From: Candidatus Kerfeldbacteria bacterium
GTDB taxonomy: Bacteria; Patescibacteriota; Patescibacteriia; SBBC01; CAIJZX01
DNA: 64,000 nucleotides
Assembly (NCBI GenBank): GCA_903825245.1
Contig: CAIJZX010000016.1
Span: forward strand, 2,100 to 66,099
Direction of reading: 5' to 3'
Part shown: piece by piece, positions 1-9,946 of the stretch
Numbering within the stretch: the first letter of the stretch is position 1
Layout of the letters: every line of letters starts with the position of its first letter
Translations under genes and position numbers: made by a program
Notes under the pieces: generated by a model
Told to the model about the DNA's origin: nothing
The model's database searches: none
What the model saw: the letters and a program-made list of their open reading frames with translations, nothing else

Positions 1-55
1 TTGCACGATAATAAATAAAACAACAGCACTGGATTTCAGCCAGCGCACATGAACA

Positions 56-90
56 AAAAAACACATCGCGGGTTTCGAAACCCGCGATGT
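56..90 (-). terminator. Rho-independent terminator of the adhesin-sortase operon
   Basis: Perfect inverted repeat ACATCGCGGGTTTCGAAACCCGCGATGT followed on the minus strand by a T-run, just after the stop of 105..1166. Confidence 0.8.
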
Positions 91-104
91 GAGATTTGAG
101 AAAT

Positions 105-1166
105 TTATTGGATCGGGTGTTTTGGCTGAAGTTTCATGGCCGCCGCGGAGAAGGCCAATGTTCCCAAGGTCACAACCCACGCCCACCAGGTCTGTCCTCC
201 GCAACCGTATTTGCGTTGGATGTAGGCGAGGAGCGCCGCACCAGCGAGCGCAACAATTGCCGGCCAGATTTGGATAATCGGTACGAGCGTGTAGAGCAGG
301 GCGACGACGATCAAGAACACAATCAAGAGAACAATCCATACCCACGGCTTCAGTGTAGAGCATGACTTGTCGGTTGATGTACTCGCTGATTGTAGATTAG
401 TGACCGCTGCGTTGGTCGTAGCATTCAAGTTATTGTTAGTAATCGCGATGTTCGTGTTGACATTACCGTTGGTCGGCTTCGTCATATTCGTATTGACCGA
501 CGTGTTCGTTGTAGAGGCTGCGGTGTTTGAGTTGACATTACCGTTGGTCATAGCAATATTTGTGTTCGTGGCCGGTGTGGATGCAACCACAACACCTACT
601 TGTCCGGTAATTGTTCCGACAGTGGCTTGTACTTTTCCGGTGCCAACCGTGGTAGGGGCGAAGACGCCAGATGTCGATATTGTGCCTATTGTGCCGATAA
701 CTGACCAGGTGACCGTGGCGCCAGGAATAATGTCATTATGGCCATCGTAGACTTTAGCGGTGAAAGTTTTATTGCTGCCAATCACCGTCGGCTCCGGATC
801 AGAATTTGGATTAATGACTATTTCCTGAACCTGACCGGCTGTTATCTGAATTGTAGCAGTCGCGGTAAAGCTCTGATACGCTGCCTGAATAGTCCAGGTA
901 CCTGCAACGCCTGGCGTAAAAACCGCATTGGTAATTGTACCGAGCGCATCGTTGGACGATAGTGTTGCTGCTGGTGTTACATCAAGCGTTGTGCCATCTG
1001 TATTGGTGGCAATCACCTTGATGGCTTGTGTTTGGTCGGCAGTAATCGTGGCCGTTGATGGTAAAATGGCAATCGAACTGACCGTGGCTGCTGAAACCGG
1101 CCGCACAATCATAACTCCGAGAGTGAGAGCGAAGATGCTCAGTAGTCGAGAGGCAGGGGAACGCAT
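105..1166 (-). CDS. Secreted Ig-like (Big_2-type) repeat protein with Asn/Thr linker and C-terminal membrane helices
   Basis: Signal peptide, 'VSSIAILPSTATITADQTQ' and 'FTAKVYDGHND..VTWSV' Ig-like motifs, N/T-rich linker, three hydrophobic C-terminal segments. Confidence 0.7.
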   Translation of the reverse strand: MRSPASRLLSIFALTLGVMIVRPVSAATVSSIAILPSTATITADQTQAIKVIATNTDGTTLDVTPAATLSSNDALGTITNAVFTPGVAGTWTIQAAYQSFTATATIQITAGQVQEIVINPNSDPEPTVIGSNKTFTAKVYDGHNDIIPGATVTWSVIGTIGTISTSGVFAPTTVGTGKVQATVGTITGQVGVVVASTPATNTNIAMTNGNVNSNTAASTTNTSVNTNMTKPTNGNVNTNIAITNNNLNATTNAAVTNLQSASTSTDKSCSTLKPWVWIVLLIVFLIVVALLYTLVPIIQIWPAIVALAGAALLAYIQRKYGCGGQTWWAWVVTLGTLAFSAAAMKLQPKHPIQ

Positions 1167-1175
1167 AGGAGAAGA

Positions 1176-1847
1176 TTAGCTAATGAGATTGGCAAAAATG
1201 ACGAGACGTTGTTTGGTTGAAAAGAGTGGTGTGCATGTGTAAATAGTAATCTGTGGTTCGGTTGTTGGATTTTGAATATCAACACGAGATGGGTCGACAA
1301 TATCGCGCTGGTTGACACGGTAATCATACTCGATACCGTGCCAGTAGACAATAATCGGTTCGCCAACTTGTAGCTTATCAAGGAGGTAAAGTGTCCGACT
1401 ACTAGGCGGAAGATACTCCCAGCGGTGTCCCGACAGTACGGTGTTACTGCCGTGCAATGGATCGGAGGTGTTTGGAATGTGCCAGATGCCGCCGAGGTCG
1501 AGTGTTTTTTCGGTTGGACCTTCGAGAATTGCCATGTTGACGCCGATACTTGGGATCACAAGGCGATTATCTTTCGGAATCGGATTATTTTTCGTGACCG
1601 GTAATTGCGACAGAGAAATTCCCGAATTTTTTTCAACCACATTGTTCGTAACTAACTTTGTGGTGTAGGGAAAAATCGATTGTTTTTTGGATACAGCAAA
1701 TTCGATTTTTGGCAGAAACGGATAACTGACGATAGCCAGACCGATAACAATCAGGCTTATTGCGCCGACCCAAGTCCACCACTGATTCCGGTGTGAAACC
1801 GGAATCGGTGAGAACGAAGGTTGCGGAATGTTATTGAGCGAATCCAT
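1176..1847 (-). CDS. Sortase
   Basis: N-terminal TM, 'RLVIPSIGV', 'NTVLSGHR' His motif, 'TIYTCTP' Cys motif and downstream Arg (QRL); start could be 1853. Confidence 0.92.
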   Translation of the reverse strand: MDSLNNIPQPSFSPIPVSHRNQWWTWVGAISLIVIGLAIVSYPFLPKIEFAVSKKQSIFPYTTKLVTNNVVEKNSGISLSQLPVTKNNPIPKDNRLVIPSIGVNMAILEGPTEKTLDLGGIWHIPNTSDPLHGSNTVLSGHRWEYLPPSSRTLYLLDKLQVGEPIIVYWHGIEYDYRVNQRDIVDPSRVDIQNPTTEPQITIYTCTPLFSTKQRLVIFANLIS

Positions 1848-4800
1848 GGACACCGCGTTTGCGGAGCCGTCCGGCTGTGAATAGACCGAAGGCGAGACAA
1901 CCGAGGCCGCTGGCGAAGATCAGATAGTCTCGGAACGAAGCGCCGGTGGTTGCTAAGCCGAGGACTTGCGGAACCTTAACCGTGACTTTTGCTGTGGCGT
2001 TTAAAGGTTCAAGTTCTGTCGAACGGACGGTAGCCTTATTGACAAATGTTCCAGCTTTGACGGTCGAACCAACTAGGACATCGTAATTGATGATGCGCTG
2101 GTGGTTTGCTTTGAGTGTACCGATCGTCCAACTTTTCGTTGTCTTTCCAGTGTCCACGAAGGTGAATCCTTTCGGCAAAGTATCACTCAGTGTCACATTG
2201 GTTACATCAATATCACTGGTGTTGCTGATCGTAACTGTGTAGGTTACGGTCTTTCCCGGATTTGTTGTTGTCGCGAGAACGGTCTTAGTAAGTGTCATGG
2301 TCGGAATCGCCATTGCACCGAGCACTGCTGGCACACGGACATCGACATTGGACGTGGCGCTGACAGAGGTAGCGTTCGTGCTGGCAGCAGTAGCTGTGTT
2401 GGTGTATGTGCCGATTGCTTGTGTGGTGCTGATGTCAGCCGAGTAAGTGGTGACAATCGAAGCGCCAGGAGCCATATCACCGAGAACAAATGTTCGTGTG
2501 ACACCACCAATCGTGGTGTAGGTGAAACCGGCTGGCAAAACATCTTTCAATGTTACCCCACGTGCTGTGTCAGTTGCCGATGAGGCGTTGGTAACAGTTA
2601 CGGTATATGTCACAGATTGGCCAGGGTTGGTGAAGCCGACAATATTGTTTGTCTTCGTGATTGAGAGCGACGGTTTACCGGTAAACGTGTTCGTGATAGT
2701 GCACGATTTTACGTCACCGACGTTCAAGGTTATTGCGCCGGTAGCCGAGCAATCACCGGTAATAACGCCGGAGTAGTTCGCTTGATTCGTTTCCGAAATC
2801 GTGTATGTTCCGACGTTGAATCCGTTCTGAATACTACTGGTAACTTTCGTTGTGTTGACGAAGAGTGGGAAGTCAGAGACAACCTTTGTTCCACCAACAA
2901 CAACCTTATTGACGGTGAGTTTTGGTTGGATGCCGGTGTTGCAAAGCGTGACGGATGCGCCAGCTGTAGTCACGGTAACTGGAATCGGCAGGGTCGTGAA
3001 TTCCGGATTGGCGCAACTGTAGGCGTGCTCACTTTGGTCTATCGTACCATTGATGTATGCGCCAACGAAGGAATAGTTATTGACTGAGGATTCTGTCACA
3101 ACGTGTTGGCCGGTAACAATATTGCTGAGCGAGGTGCCCATCAAATTCGTGTCACCAAGATCGAGCTGCCAACGAAACGGTGTAGCCGTTCCGCTGACAT
3201 CGACAAATCCTTTGCCGTCAGCATTATCAACTTTCTTATTGACTGTGATCGTGCCAGTATCGCGAGTGTTCGTGATAGTGCAGGTCTTCATATCACCTAG
3301 ATGAAGTGTAATCGTACCATTCGATGCACAATCGCCACCCCATACAGAAGCGGAGTATCCGTAAGCAGGGTTGTTCACTTCGGAAACCACGTAGGTTCCC
3401 GCATTGATGCCGGTTTGAATTCCGGAAGTAACCGAGGTTGTTCCTACTGACAATGGGAAGTTAGCAACAGATTTATCACCACCAACCACTGTTTTTATAA
3501 CGGTAATTTTCGGTTGGATATCATCGTTGGTAATGGTACAAATTGCGGTGCCGCCGTTCGGGATTACTACGTTGGTGCAATTGTCGTACGTTGTGCTATA
3601 TCCGACAGCTGGATTTTCTACAATGGAGTACGTTCCTGCATTAACGGTAATGTCATTTTGCGCGTCAGCTTCGAATGAAACGCTAGTACCATTATTCACC
3701 TTAAAGGAGAAATCGGTGACCACCGTATTGCCGCCATTATTATTGATCAAGTTTTTCTTTACAACCAACGAACCCGGCTTATCATTATTTGTGATAGTAC
3801 AGACTACGTGTTGTCCAAGCGTAATTGTACCCGAACATGAACCGGACATAGTCGCTGTATAACCAGAGTCTGGCGTTTCAGAAACCGTGAATGTTCCCGG
3901 AACGACGTTCGTCGTCACGCCAGTTGTGCTGCCGGCAAAATTCGCCGTGCCGGCCGTGCCAGAGATGTGCATGGCGAAATCACCAGCTACTTTTTTGCCA
4001 CCGTTGTCATTCGTGACCAATTTCACAACATTGATCGTCGTAGAACATGCAGCGCTGACCAAAGTTTTTGGTGATGAGAAGGCGACGTCGCTGCCGACTT
4101 CAACTCCATCGGTGTGGCCGATGTTTTGCACGTTCCACGTTGTACATTCTGTACCGGTGGACGTTGTTGCTTGGAGTTGGATAATGCCATGTTCACCAGG
4201 TCCAATTTCATGAAGGTTGCCAAGTAATGTCACAGTGGATCCATTGAAGGTAGCTGGGAAGACTTCTGGGGCTGGATCGCCATCATTGAGATCTTGGTCA
4301 TTGGCAATCGAAACAAGCTTAGCGCTATTGTTGACGTAGGTTAAACCCGCGCCGAGCGTGTCGTACAACTTTACGCCACCGCCGGTACAGAACGCATGAC
4401 CATCGTTGTGGTAGTCAATGGTATACGTTAAGGTGTCGCCGCCGTTCGCCGAAGTGGTATTGACCGCTTTGGTTACTACTAAGGAACAAGCGGCTGTAAC
4501 TTTTGTATCAGCAGTAGCTGGGGGCACTGTGACATGATCAGCTGTGACAACTGCCGAATTATGAACATTCGTTGTGCCTTCAGGGAAAATGCTTGGCAGT
4601 GTTCCGGTAATCGTAATTGTACCGCTCGCACCAACAGCGAGATTACCGATAGTCCAGACATTATTGCCAGTAGTCGGGGTTGGCGTTGAATGGCCGAATG
4701 AAAAACGCGAGTCATAACTTTCGATCACTTGAACGTTGGTCAATGGCGTATTGCCAGTGTTGCTGTAGGTTAGTGTGTACGTCAGTGCATCGCCTGGTTG

Positions 4801-7800
4801 GGCGATGGTTTTATCTACGCCCTTGGTCAATTTCAGGAAGTATACCGGTGTGAGTGTATTGGTGAGTGTGCAGGTGACCGCTTGTCCAGCGATAACCGTA
4901 ATGACACCATTCGGACAGCTTGAAGAAAACGTCGGTGTATATCCGGTCGGACCGTCGGTTTCAGAAACCGTGTATTGGCCGACAGTGAGAGGATACACTG
5001 TACCGGATTCATTTCCTGCTTGTGGACTGTTTGCAATCTCGGTCGTTCCTTGCTTCACATGGAGTTTCCAATTTCCGGCAACGGCTGTGCCACCATCAAC
5101 ATGCTTGATAACTTTTAACGTACCGGTATCGCGTGCATTGATGATCGTGCACGTGCCGCCCTTGGAGTTGGCGTTCAGTGAGATCTGGTTATTAGAATTT
5201 ATCGTACAGACACCAGTGGCACCGACAAAGTGGTAGCCGGAAACAGTGTTTTCGGTGAGCGCGTAACTTCCGGTCGCAATATCTGCTTGATCGCCGTTCT
5301 TGTAATCGTGGCTATTCGTGGAAAAGATGAATTTCGACAGATCAGCACCTTCTTCGTTGTTGACGATTTTTTGGAAGGTAATGTGGCTGGTATCATGAGC
5401 GTTACACAGTGTGATGGTCGTACCATTATTCGCCACCGTGACTGGGATTGGCAGTACGGTGAATTGCGGATTGGAACAGCTGTATGCGTGCTCACTGCGA
5501 TCCGTTGCGCCGTTGAGGTATGCACCGACAAAGGTGTAGTTATTGACTGTTGGCTCGGTAACAGCGTGTTGTCCAGTGACAATAGTGCTGAGTGTAGCGC
5601 CCATGAGATTTGTGGCGCCGAGATCGAGTTGCCAACGGAACGGGGTTGCTTCACCGCTGACATCGACAAACCCTTTACCGTCAGCATTATCAACTTTCTT
5701 ATTGACCGTGATTGAACTGGTATCACGGTGGTTGCCGAAGTCTTTACCGGTAACTTGGCCGTTCACGCCAAGTGAGACAACATAGGCATTGGTTTTTGGC
5801 ATGGTTTGCGTCCAGCCCGCAACGTTCTGTTCCATCACATCATAGCTGATCGGCAATAAGTTGCCGAAGGTATAGTGACCGGTACTATCGGTGGTCGTGC
5901 AAACCGGGGCAGTTCCACCGGAGGACAATGTCATACAGATCGTCCAACCTTGAATACCAGGTTCGCCCACATCTTGTATCCCATTGCCGTTGTAATCATT
6001 GAACTTCATTCCGGAAATAGACGATGGTTTCTGCTTGTTGGTAATAGTGACTTCAGTGGTGTGGCCGTTCGTTACAGTAATCTGAGCACCAGCGAGGTTC
6101 GGGTCATTGTCGACTGAATAGCCAACTAATTGGTAATTCGGCGCAAGAGCAATCAACTCGGCCACAGTGTATGTACCGGCCGGCAAGGTGTATGAAGCAT
6201 CTTGATTTTCAGCCACGGTCTTATCGTTTGTGCCATTCACTTGGACGGTAAATGGATTGGTATCGATAACCTCGCCGTTCTGGAAATTCACAACGTTCTT
6301 ATGGACGATGAGTGTGCCAGAACAACCGGTGGTCAACGTTGTGGTTACTGTATTGCTGGAAACGACTTTCGGCATGAGTTCGTAGGCATATCCTTTAGCC
6401 GTATTGTCGTACGTAGCGGTGGTGCATTCCGGAATGGTTGTTGGAATGTCCGCTTGAAAGGTAACATGACCATATTCACCAGCTGACACATTATTCGTGT
6501 CCCAGCTGAGAAGTTTCGCGCCGGCAGTAATGTTCGCTGCTGGATTTGCCGCCGGGAAACCTATGTTCATAAGGTCATCATATGGATAACCAAACTGAAT
6601 CGGAAACGCATTGATATTGGTCGGATCGTTTTCCGCCAGGTTTTCACCGCCATCGACAGATTCCGTGTGTTTGCCGTTGTAGGTCAATCCAGTCGGAACC
6701 GTGTCATCAATACGAACGCCACCGCCGCGACAAACGGCGTTGCCGATATTCTTGTAGTCGATACGGTATTCCAATGTATCGCCCGGTTGATTTGGTCCGT
6801 TCGGGTGTGTCAAGTTCTTGACGGTTTTTGTTAGCGTTAAACCGCAAGCAGCCGGGACATTCACAAATGATGTGGTACCGGTTGGTTGTGCATAAGAGAT
6901 TGTCACCGCGTGCGTATCATTGCTTTTCACGTAACCTGTTGGGGCTGTCGTTTCAGTCACGTTGTACAAAATACCAGCTTGACTTGTCGCGAGTCCGGTG
7001 AAGGAAACGACGCCATCGGCGACATCGCCATCTGCGCCGTCAGTTTTTGATTGGCAATTAGCGCCGTTGCAGATTTGGAATGTTGCGCCGTTGAGTTTGT
7101 GTTCGGTAGTATCGTACTTGGTAACGGTAATTGTTCCGGTTGACGGAGCATTCGTAAATGTACAATCGATCTTCCCTTGATCAGAAATCGGTAAACCGGT
7201 TATCTGTCTGTTCGCGGTATCGGCTGTTCCTACGTTTGCTGTACCGTTGGTGCAGATAACATTTTTCAAGTACGTGCCGGCCTTGACGGTTTCGCCGACT
7301 GAATATGTTCCGACGGCCACATTTTTGAATTCGAGATAGCCGGTGGTGCTGGTTGTCTGTGTGACCGGGGTAGTGCCGTTATTCACGGTAAAGTCGTAAC
7401 CGGAAACGCTAGTGCCGGAAGTGGAAACAGTTGTGCCGTCATCAAATTGTTTTTGAACGGTAATTTTTCCACCACATAATGCATTAACGTAACCTGTGAG
7501 TGCGGCCTGTAAGCCGGTAAAATCGGCAACTTTAATGACATCAGTACTGGTCGAGATGGCGCTTGTCGTGGTTGCGACATTCGGTCCGCTGATGTTTTCC
7601 ATCTTTTGTTGCTTCTCGGCGATCGTGGCCGGATCACTTTCATCATCACCGATTGCGACGACGACGATGCGTGTACCGGCAGTTTTAATTGCGTTGGCAG
7701 TTTCGATAGCCGGGTTGAGCGCATTGATATAGCTAAAGTCGTTCGTTACCGGATTCCCATAACGATTTGGACTGCCGTCGGTGGCGATAACGATAAGATG

Positions 7801-8343
7801 TTGCTTATTTTGAGCCGCGGTGAACGACGCGGCACTGACTGCTAAACCAGCCTGCCAATTCGTATTGCCATCTCCGACAGCCGGAATAATGGCGTTGTTA
7901 GCGATGTCGGCTGACGTTTGAGACGGAGTTAACGAAAAACCATGTTGCAGAGTAGCGTTCGTGCTGAACGATGTTAGCGAGAAATCAGTAGGTGTCAGCG
8001 CAAAAGCATTGGTAAAACTCGACAACGCAGTTTTCATACTGGTCATCTCGGTCAAGTTGATGCTACCGGAAGTATCGACGATTAAACCGACATTCAGGTT
8101 ACATGAAGTGGTGAGTGCAGGATTAACTGAAGTTGAGGGTGTAGCGGATGGGGTGATCGTTGTATCCATTGTCCCTGTTTCGATCTGTGTCGGCATTTCA
8201 GCCGCTTTTGCGACTGTCGGCTGGAGCAATGTCCCAACCATGCTGACGTTCAAAATCGTGGTGATCCCAACCACAACATTGAGTGTTTTCCACACTCGTT
8301 CGCGGGTTGTCTTCCGCGGAATAAGATTGATTCGGATGTTCAT
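1831..8343 (-). CDS. Giant cell-surface adhesin: VWA domain plus DUF11/SdrD-B/prealbumin-like repeats, LPXTG-like anchor
   Basis: MIDAS 'VDTSGS', 'IATDG', repeated 'LTYTLTYSNTG/DTLP.G.TY' and 'ISGMKFNDYNGNG' modules, C-terminal LATTG + TM + RLRKR next to the sortase. Confidence 0.88.
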   Translation of the reverse strand: MNIRINLIPRKTTRERVWKTLNVVVGITTILNVSMVGTLLQPTVAKAAEMPTQIETGTMDTTITPSATPSTSVNPALTTSCNLNVGLIVDTSGSINLTEMTSMKTALSSFTNAFALTPTDFSLTSFSTNATLQHGFSLTPSQTSADIANNAIIPAVGDGNTNWQAGLAVSAASFTAAQNKQHLIVIATDGSPNRYGNPVTNDFSYINALNPAIETANAIKTAGTRIVVVAIGDDESDPATIAEKQQKMENISGPNVATTTSAISTSTDVIKVADFTGLQAALTGYVNALCGGKITVQKQFDDGTTVSTSGTSVSGYDFTVNNGTTPVTQTTSTTGYLEFKNVAVGTYSVGETVKAGTYLKNVICTNGTANVGTADTANRQITGLPISDQGKIDCTFTNAPSTGTITVTKYDTTEHKLNGATFQICNGANCQSKTDGADGDVADGVVSFTGLATSQAGILYNVTETTAPTGYVKSNDTHAVTISYAQPTGTTSFVNVPAACGLTLTKTVKNLTHPNGPNQPGDTLEYRIDYKNIGNAVCRGGGVRIDDTVPTGLTYNGKHTESVDGGENLAENDPTNINAFPIQFGYPYDDLMNIGFPAANPAANITAGAKLLSWDTNNVSAGEYGHVTFQADIPTTIPECTTATYDNTAKGYAYELMPKVVSSNTVTTTLTTGCSGTLIVHKNVVNFQNGEVIDTNPFTVQVNGTNDKTVAENQDASYTLPAGTYTVAELIALAPNYQLVGYSVDNDPNLAGAQITVTNGHTTEVTITNKQKPSSISGMKFNDYNGNGIQDVGEPGIQGWTICMTLSSGGTAPVCTTTDSTGHYTFGNLLPISYDVMEQNVAGWTQTMPKTNAYVVSLGVNGQVTGKDFGNHRDTSSITVNKKVDNADGKGFVDVSGEATPFRWQLDLGATNLMGATLSTIVTGQHAVTEPTVNNYTFVGAYLNGATDRSEHAYSCSNPQFTVLPIPVTVANNGTTITLCNAHDTSHITFQKIVNNEEGADLSKFIFSTNSHDYKNGDQADIATGSYALTENTVSGYHFVGATGVCTINSNNQISLNANSKGGTCTIINARDTGTLKVIKHVDGGTAVAGNWKLHVKQGTTEIANSPQAGNESGTVYPLTVGQYTVSETDGPTGYTPTFSSSCPNGVITVIAGQAVTCTLTNTLTPVYFLKLTKGVDKTIAQPGDALTYTLTYSNTGNTPLTNVQVIESYDSRFSFGHSTPTPTTGNNVWTIGNLAVGASGTITITGTLPSIFPEGTTNVHNSAVVTADHVTVPPATADTKVTAACSLVVTKAVNTTSANGGDTLTYTIDYHNDGHAFCTGGGVKLYDTLGAGLTYVNNSAKLVSIANDQDLNDGDPAPEVFPATFNGSTVTLLGNLHEIGPGEHGIIQLQATTSTGTECTTWNVQNIGHTDGVEVGSDVAFSSPKTLVSAACSTTINVVKLVTNDNGGKKVAGDFAMHISGTAGTANFAGSTTGVTTNVVPGTFTVSETPDSGYTATMSGSCSGTITLGQHVVCTITNNDKPGSLVVKKNLINNNGGNTVVTDFSFKVNNGTSVSFEADAQNDITVNAGTYSIVENPAVGYSTTYDNCTNVVIPNGGTAICTITNDDIQPKITVIKTVVGGDKSVANFPLSVGTTSVTSGIQTGINAGTYVVSEVNNPAYGYSASVWGGDCASNGTITLHLGDMKTCTITNTRDTGTITVNKKVDNADGKGFVDVSGTATPFRWQLDLGDTNLMGTSLSNIVTGQHVVTESSVNNYSFVGAYINGTIDQSEHAYSCANPEFTTLPIPVTVTTAGASVTLCNTGIQPKLTVNKVVVGGTKVVSDFPLFVNTTKVTSSIQNGFNVGTYTISETNQANYSGVITGDCSATGAITLNVGDVKSCTITNTFTGKPSLSITKTNNIVGFTNPGQSVTYTVTVTNASSATDTARGVTLKDVLPAGFTYTTIGGVTRTFVLGDMAPGASIVTTYSADISTTQAIGTYTNTATAASTNATSVSATSNVDVRVPAVLGAMAIPTMTLTKTVLATTTNPGKTVTYTVTISNTSDIDVTNVTLSDTLPKGFTFVDTGKTTKSWTIGTLKANHQRIINYDVLVGSTVKAGTFVNKATVRSTELEPLNATAKVTVKVPQVLGLATTGASFRDYLIFASGLGCLAFGLFTAGRLRKRGVHGFAQ

Positions 8344-8763
8344 AGGCGTTGACCTAGTGATATGAAATCAATTGATAAAAAGTGATGTCGGCGCTTTCGT
8401 TTCCAAGTAATATTTACGGTACGAAAAAAGCCAACAATAAATCACAAATAACGTCGCACCGTATCAGACTACGACAAAAAAGTCAAGCCCATACAGAGTC
8501 ACGACGAGGATTATGAATTTTTGTTGGCTCTTTTAAACGATTTCTCCTGTCTCAAAGGACGAAACTAGCAAAACTGCAAAGTGCAAACTCCTAAAAAGAA
8601 CGGTATTAAGGGCTCCTACCTTACTAAATTTTTTGAAAACTGTCAAGAGGCTTTTTTAGGAAGTGTTTTTATCCTACCATAACTCATATTGCCACGCTAC
8701 CATGGGAGAAAAACAGAATAAAAAACCGTCTTTTTCAAGACGGATGTAGACTGTGGATAACTA

Positions 8764-9768
8764 TTACGTTGTTACCGTCTGTGGGATAAGTACTTGCTTC
8801 TGAGTTTTTGCTGTTAAAAGTGATCGAATAACAGCTGCGGCCGAGATGACTGACAAGTAGAAGCAGAATGTACCAAGAAGTAACCATTCTGTAGATTCTG
8901 AGGTTTTGGCGGACGATAGTATTACCGGTGAGACCTGGTTGTGGATAACCTCAGTAGTCACTCCTTGCACCTCAGGTACCGGTATGAGTTGTGTTTGCTG
9001 AACAATTGGCGTTGTGACTATTGGCGGAATGATAGTGGGGATTTCGATTGTTGGTTGTTGTAATGGGGTAGGTGCGGTCTTGATTGCTGGAACAACAGAC
9101 GGCGCGGTTGTCGTTGGGATTACCGGGGCAACAGTTTTGGACGGTGCTGGTTTGACGCTTGTAACTTCCGTCTGTGAGATTGGAGCAGTCTGGTTGTACC
9201 GGCTTCCGAAGAATTGCACAACGATGATTGTCGCCTGACCTTTCATGGTTCCATCAACGACGGCTATGCCTATGTCGCGGTATGAGGCGTTGAGAAGATT
9301 TTCGCGGTGGCTGGCCGAGTTCATCCAAGCTGGGACAATGTCACTGCCGTCAACGAAATCGATAGCTAAATTTTCACCGGCTGAGGTGTATACATAGTGT
9401 TGCGAATTGAACCACACCCACGGAGCTTGGCCGGAAGGCGAGTAGTGATTGAAGTATTGCTGAGCGAACATGTCATCAGCTTTCGCTTGGGCAGCTTTAG
9501 TGAGTGCGGAATTTTCCGTCAACGCAGAAAGACCGTGTTGCTGGCGCACAGCGTTTGTTTGCTGAATAAGTTCTGCCGAGGTGTACGTCGCAGCGTGTGA
9601 CAGCATTGGTGTTGCCCAGAGACTAACGACAAGTAACAACGTATTCAATAAACGCCCCGAAGTTTTCTTCGGTGTTGTTGCAAGCGTGAGTTGTTGTTCC
9701 GGCACCATGGAGATCGTCAAACCGTTGAGGCTGGGGCGGATTACGACGTCGCCGTTGTTGTGTTTCAT
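8764..9768 (-). CDS. CAP/SCP domain protein with C-terminal TM
   Basis: 'TNAVRQQHGL..L..AAQAKADDM..YFNH', 'AGENLA', 'WMNSASHRENLL', 'IGIAV'; start uncertain (9768 or 9828). Confidence 0.88.
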   Translation of the reverse strand: MKHNNGDVVIRPSLNGLTISMVPEQQLTLATTPKKTSGRLLNTLLLVVSLWATPMLSHAATYTSAELIQQTNAVRQQHGLSALTENSALTKAAQAKADDMFAQQYFNHYSPSGQAPWVWFNSQHYVYTSAGENLAIDFVDGSDIVPAWMNSASHRENLLNASYRDIGIAVVDGTMKGQATIIVVQFFGSRYNQTAPISQTEVTSVKPAPSKTVAPVIPTTTAPSVVPAIKTAPTPLQQPTIEIPTIIPPIVTTPIVQQTQLIPVPEVQGVTTEVIHNQVSPVILSSAKTSESTEWLLLGTFCFYLSVISAAAVIRSLLTAKTQKQVLIPQTVTT

Positions 9769-9946
9769 AGGTGTTGATTGCTTCCGTTTGTTGAACGAAA
9801 ATACGCGCTTGTCTAAAGCGCGTTCCACCTATCTGGATACAGTATAGCACATGTTAACGAATAAATCAAGTCCAATGACTTCGATCGGACTCTTGTGCAA
9901 TTACGTTGAACTTGAAAGAAGTACAGTATGGTATACTGTCATGACT

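Noticed and set aside
2101-8365. Numerous plus-strand ORFs opposite the adhesin
   Set aside because: Antisense shadows of Thr/Val-rich codons
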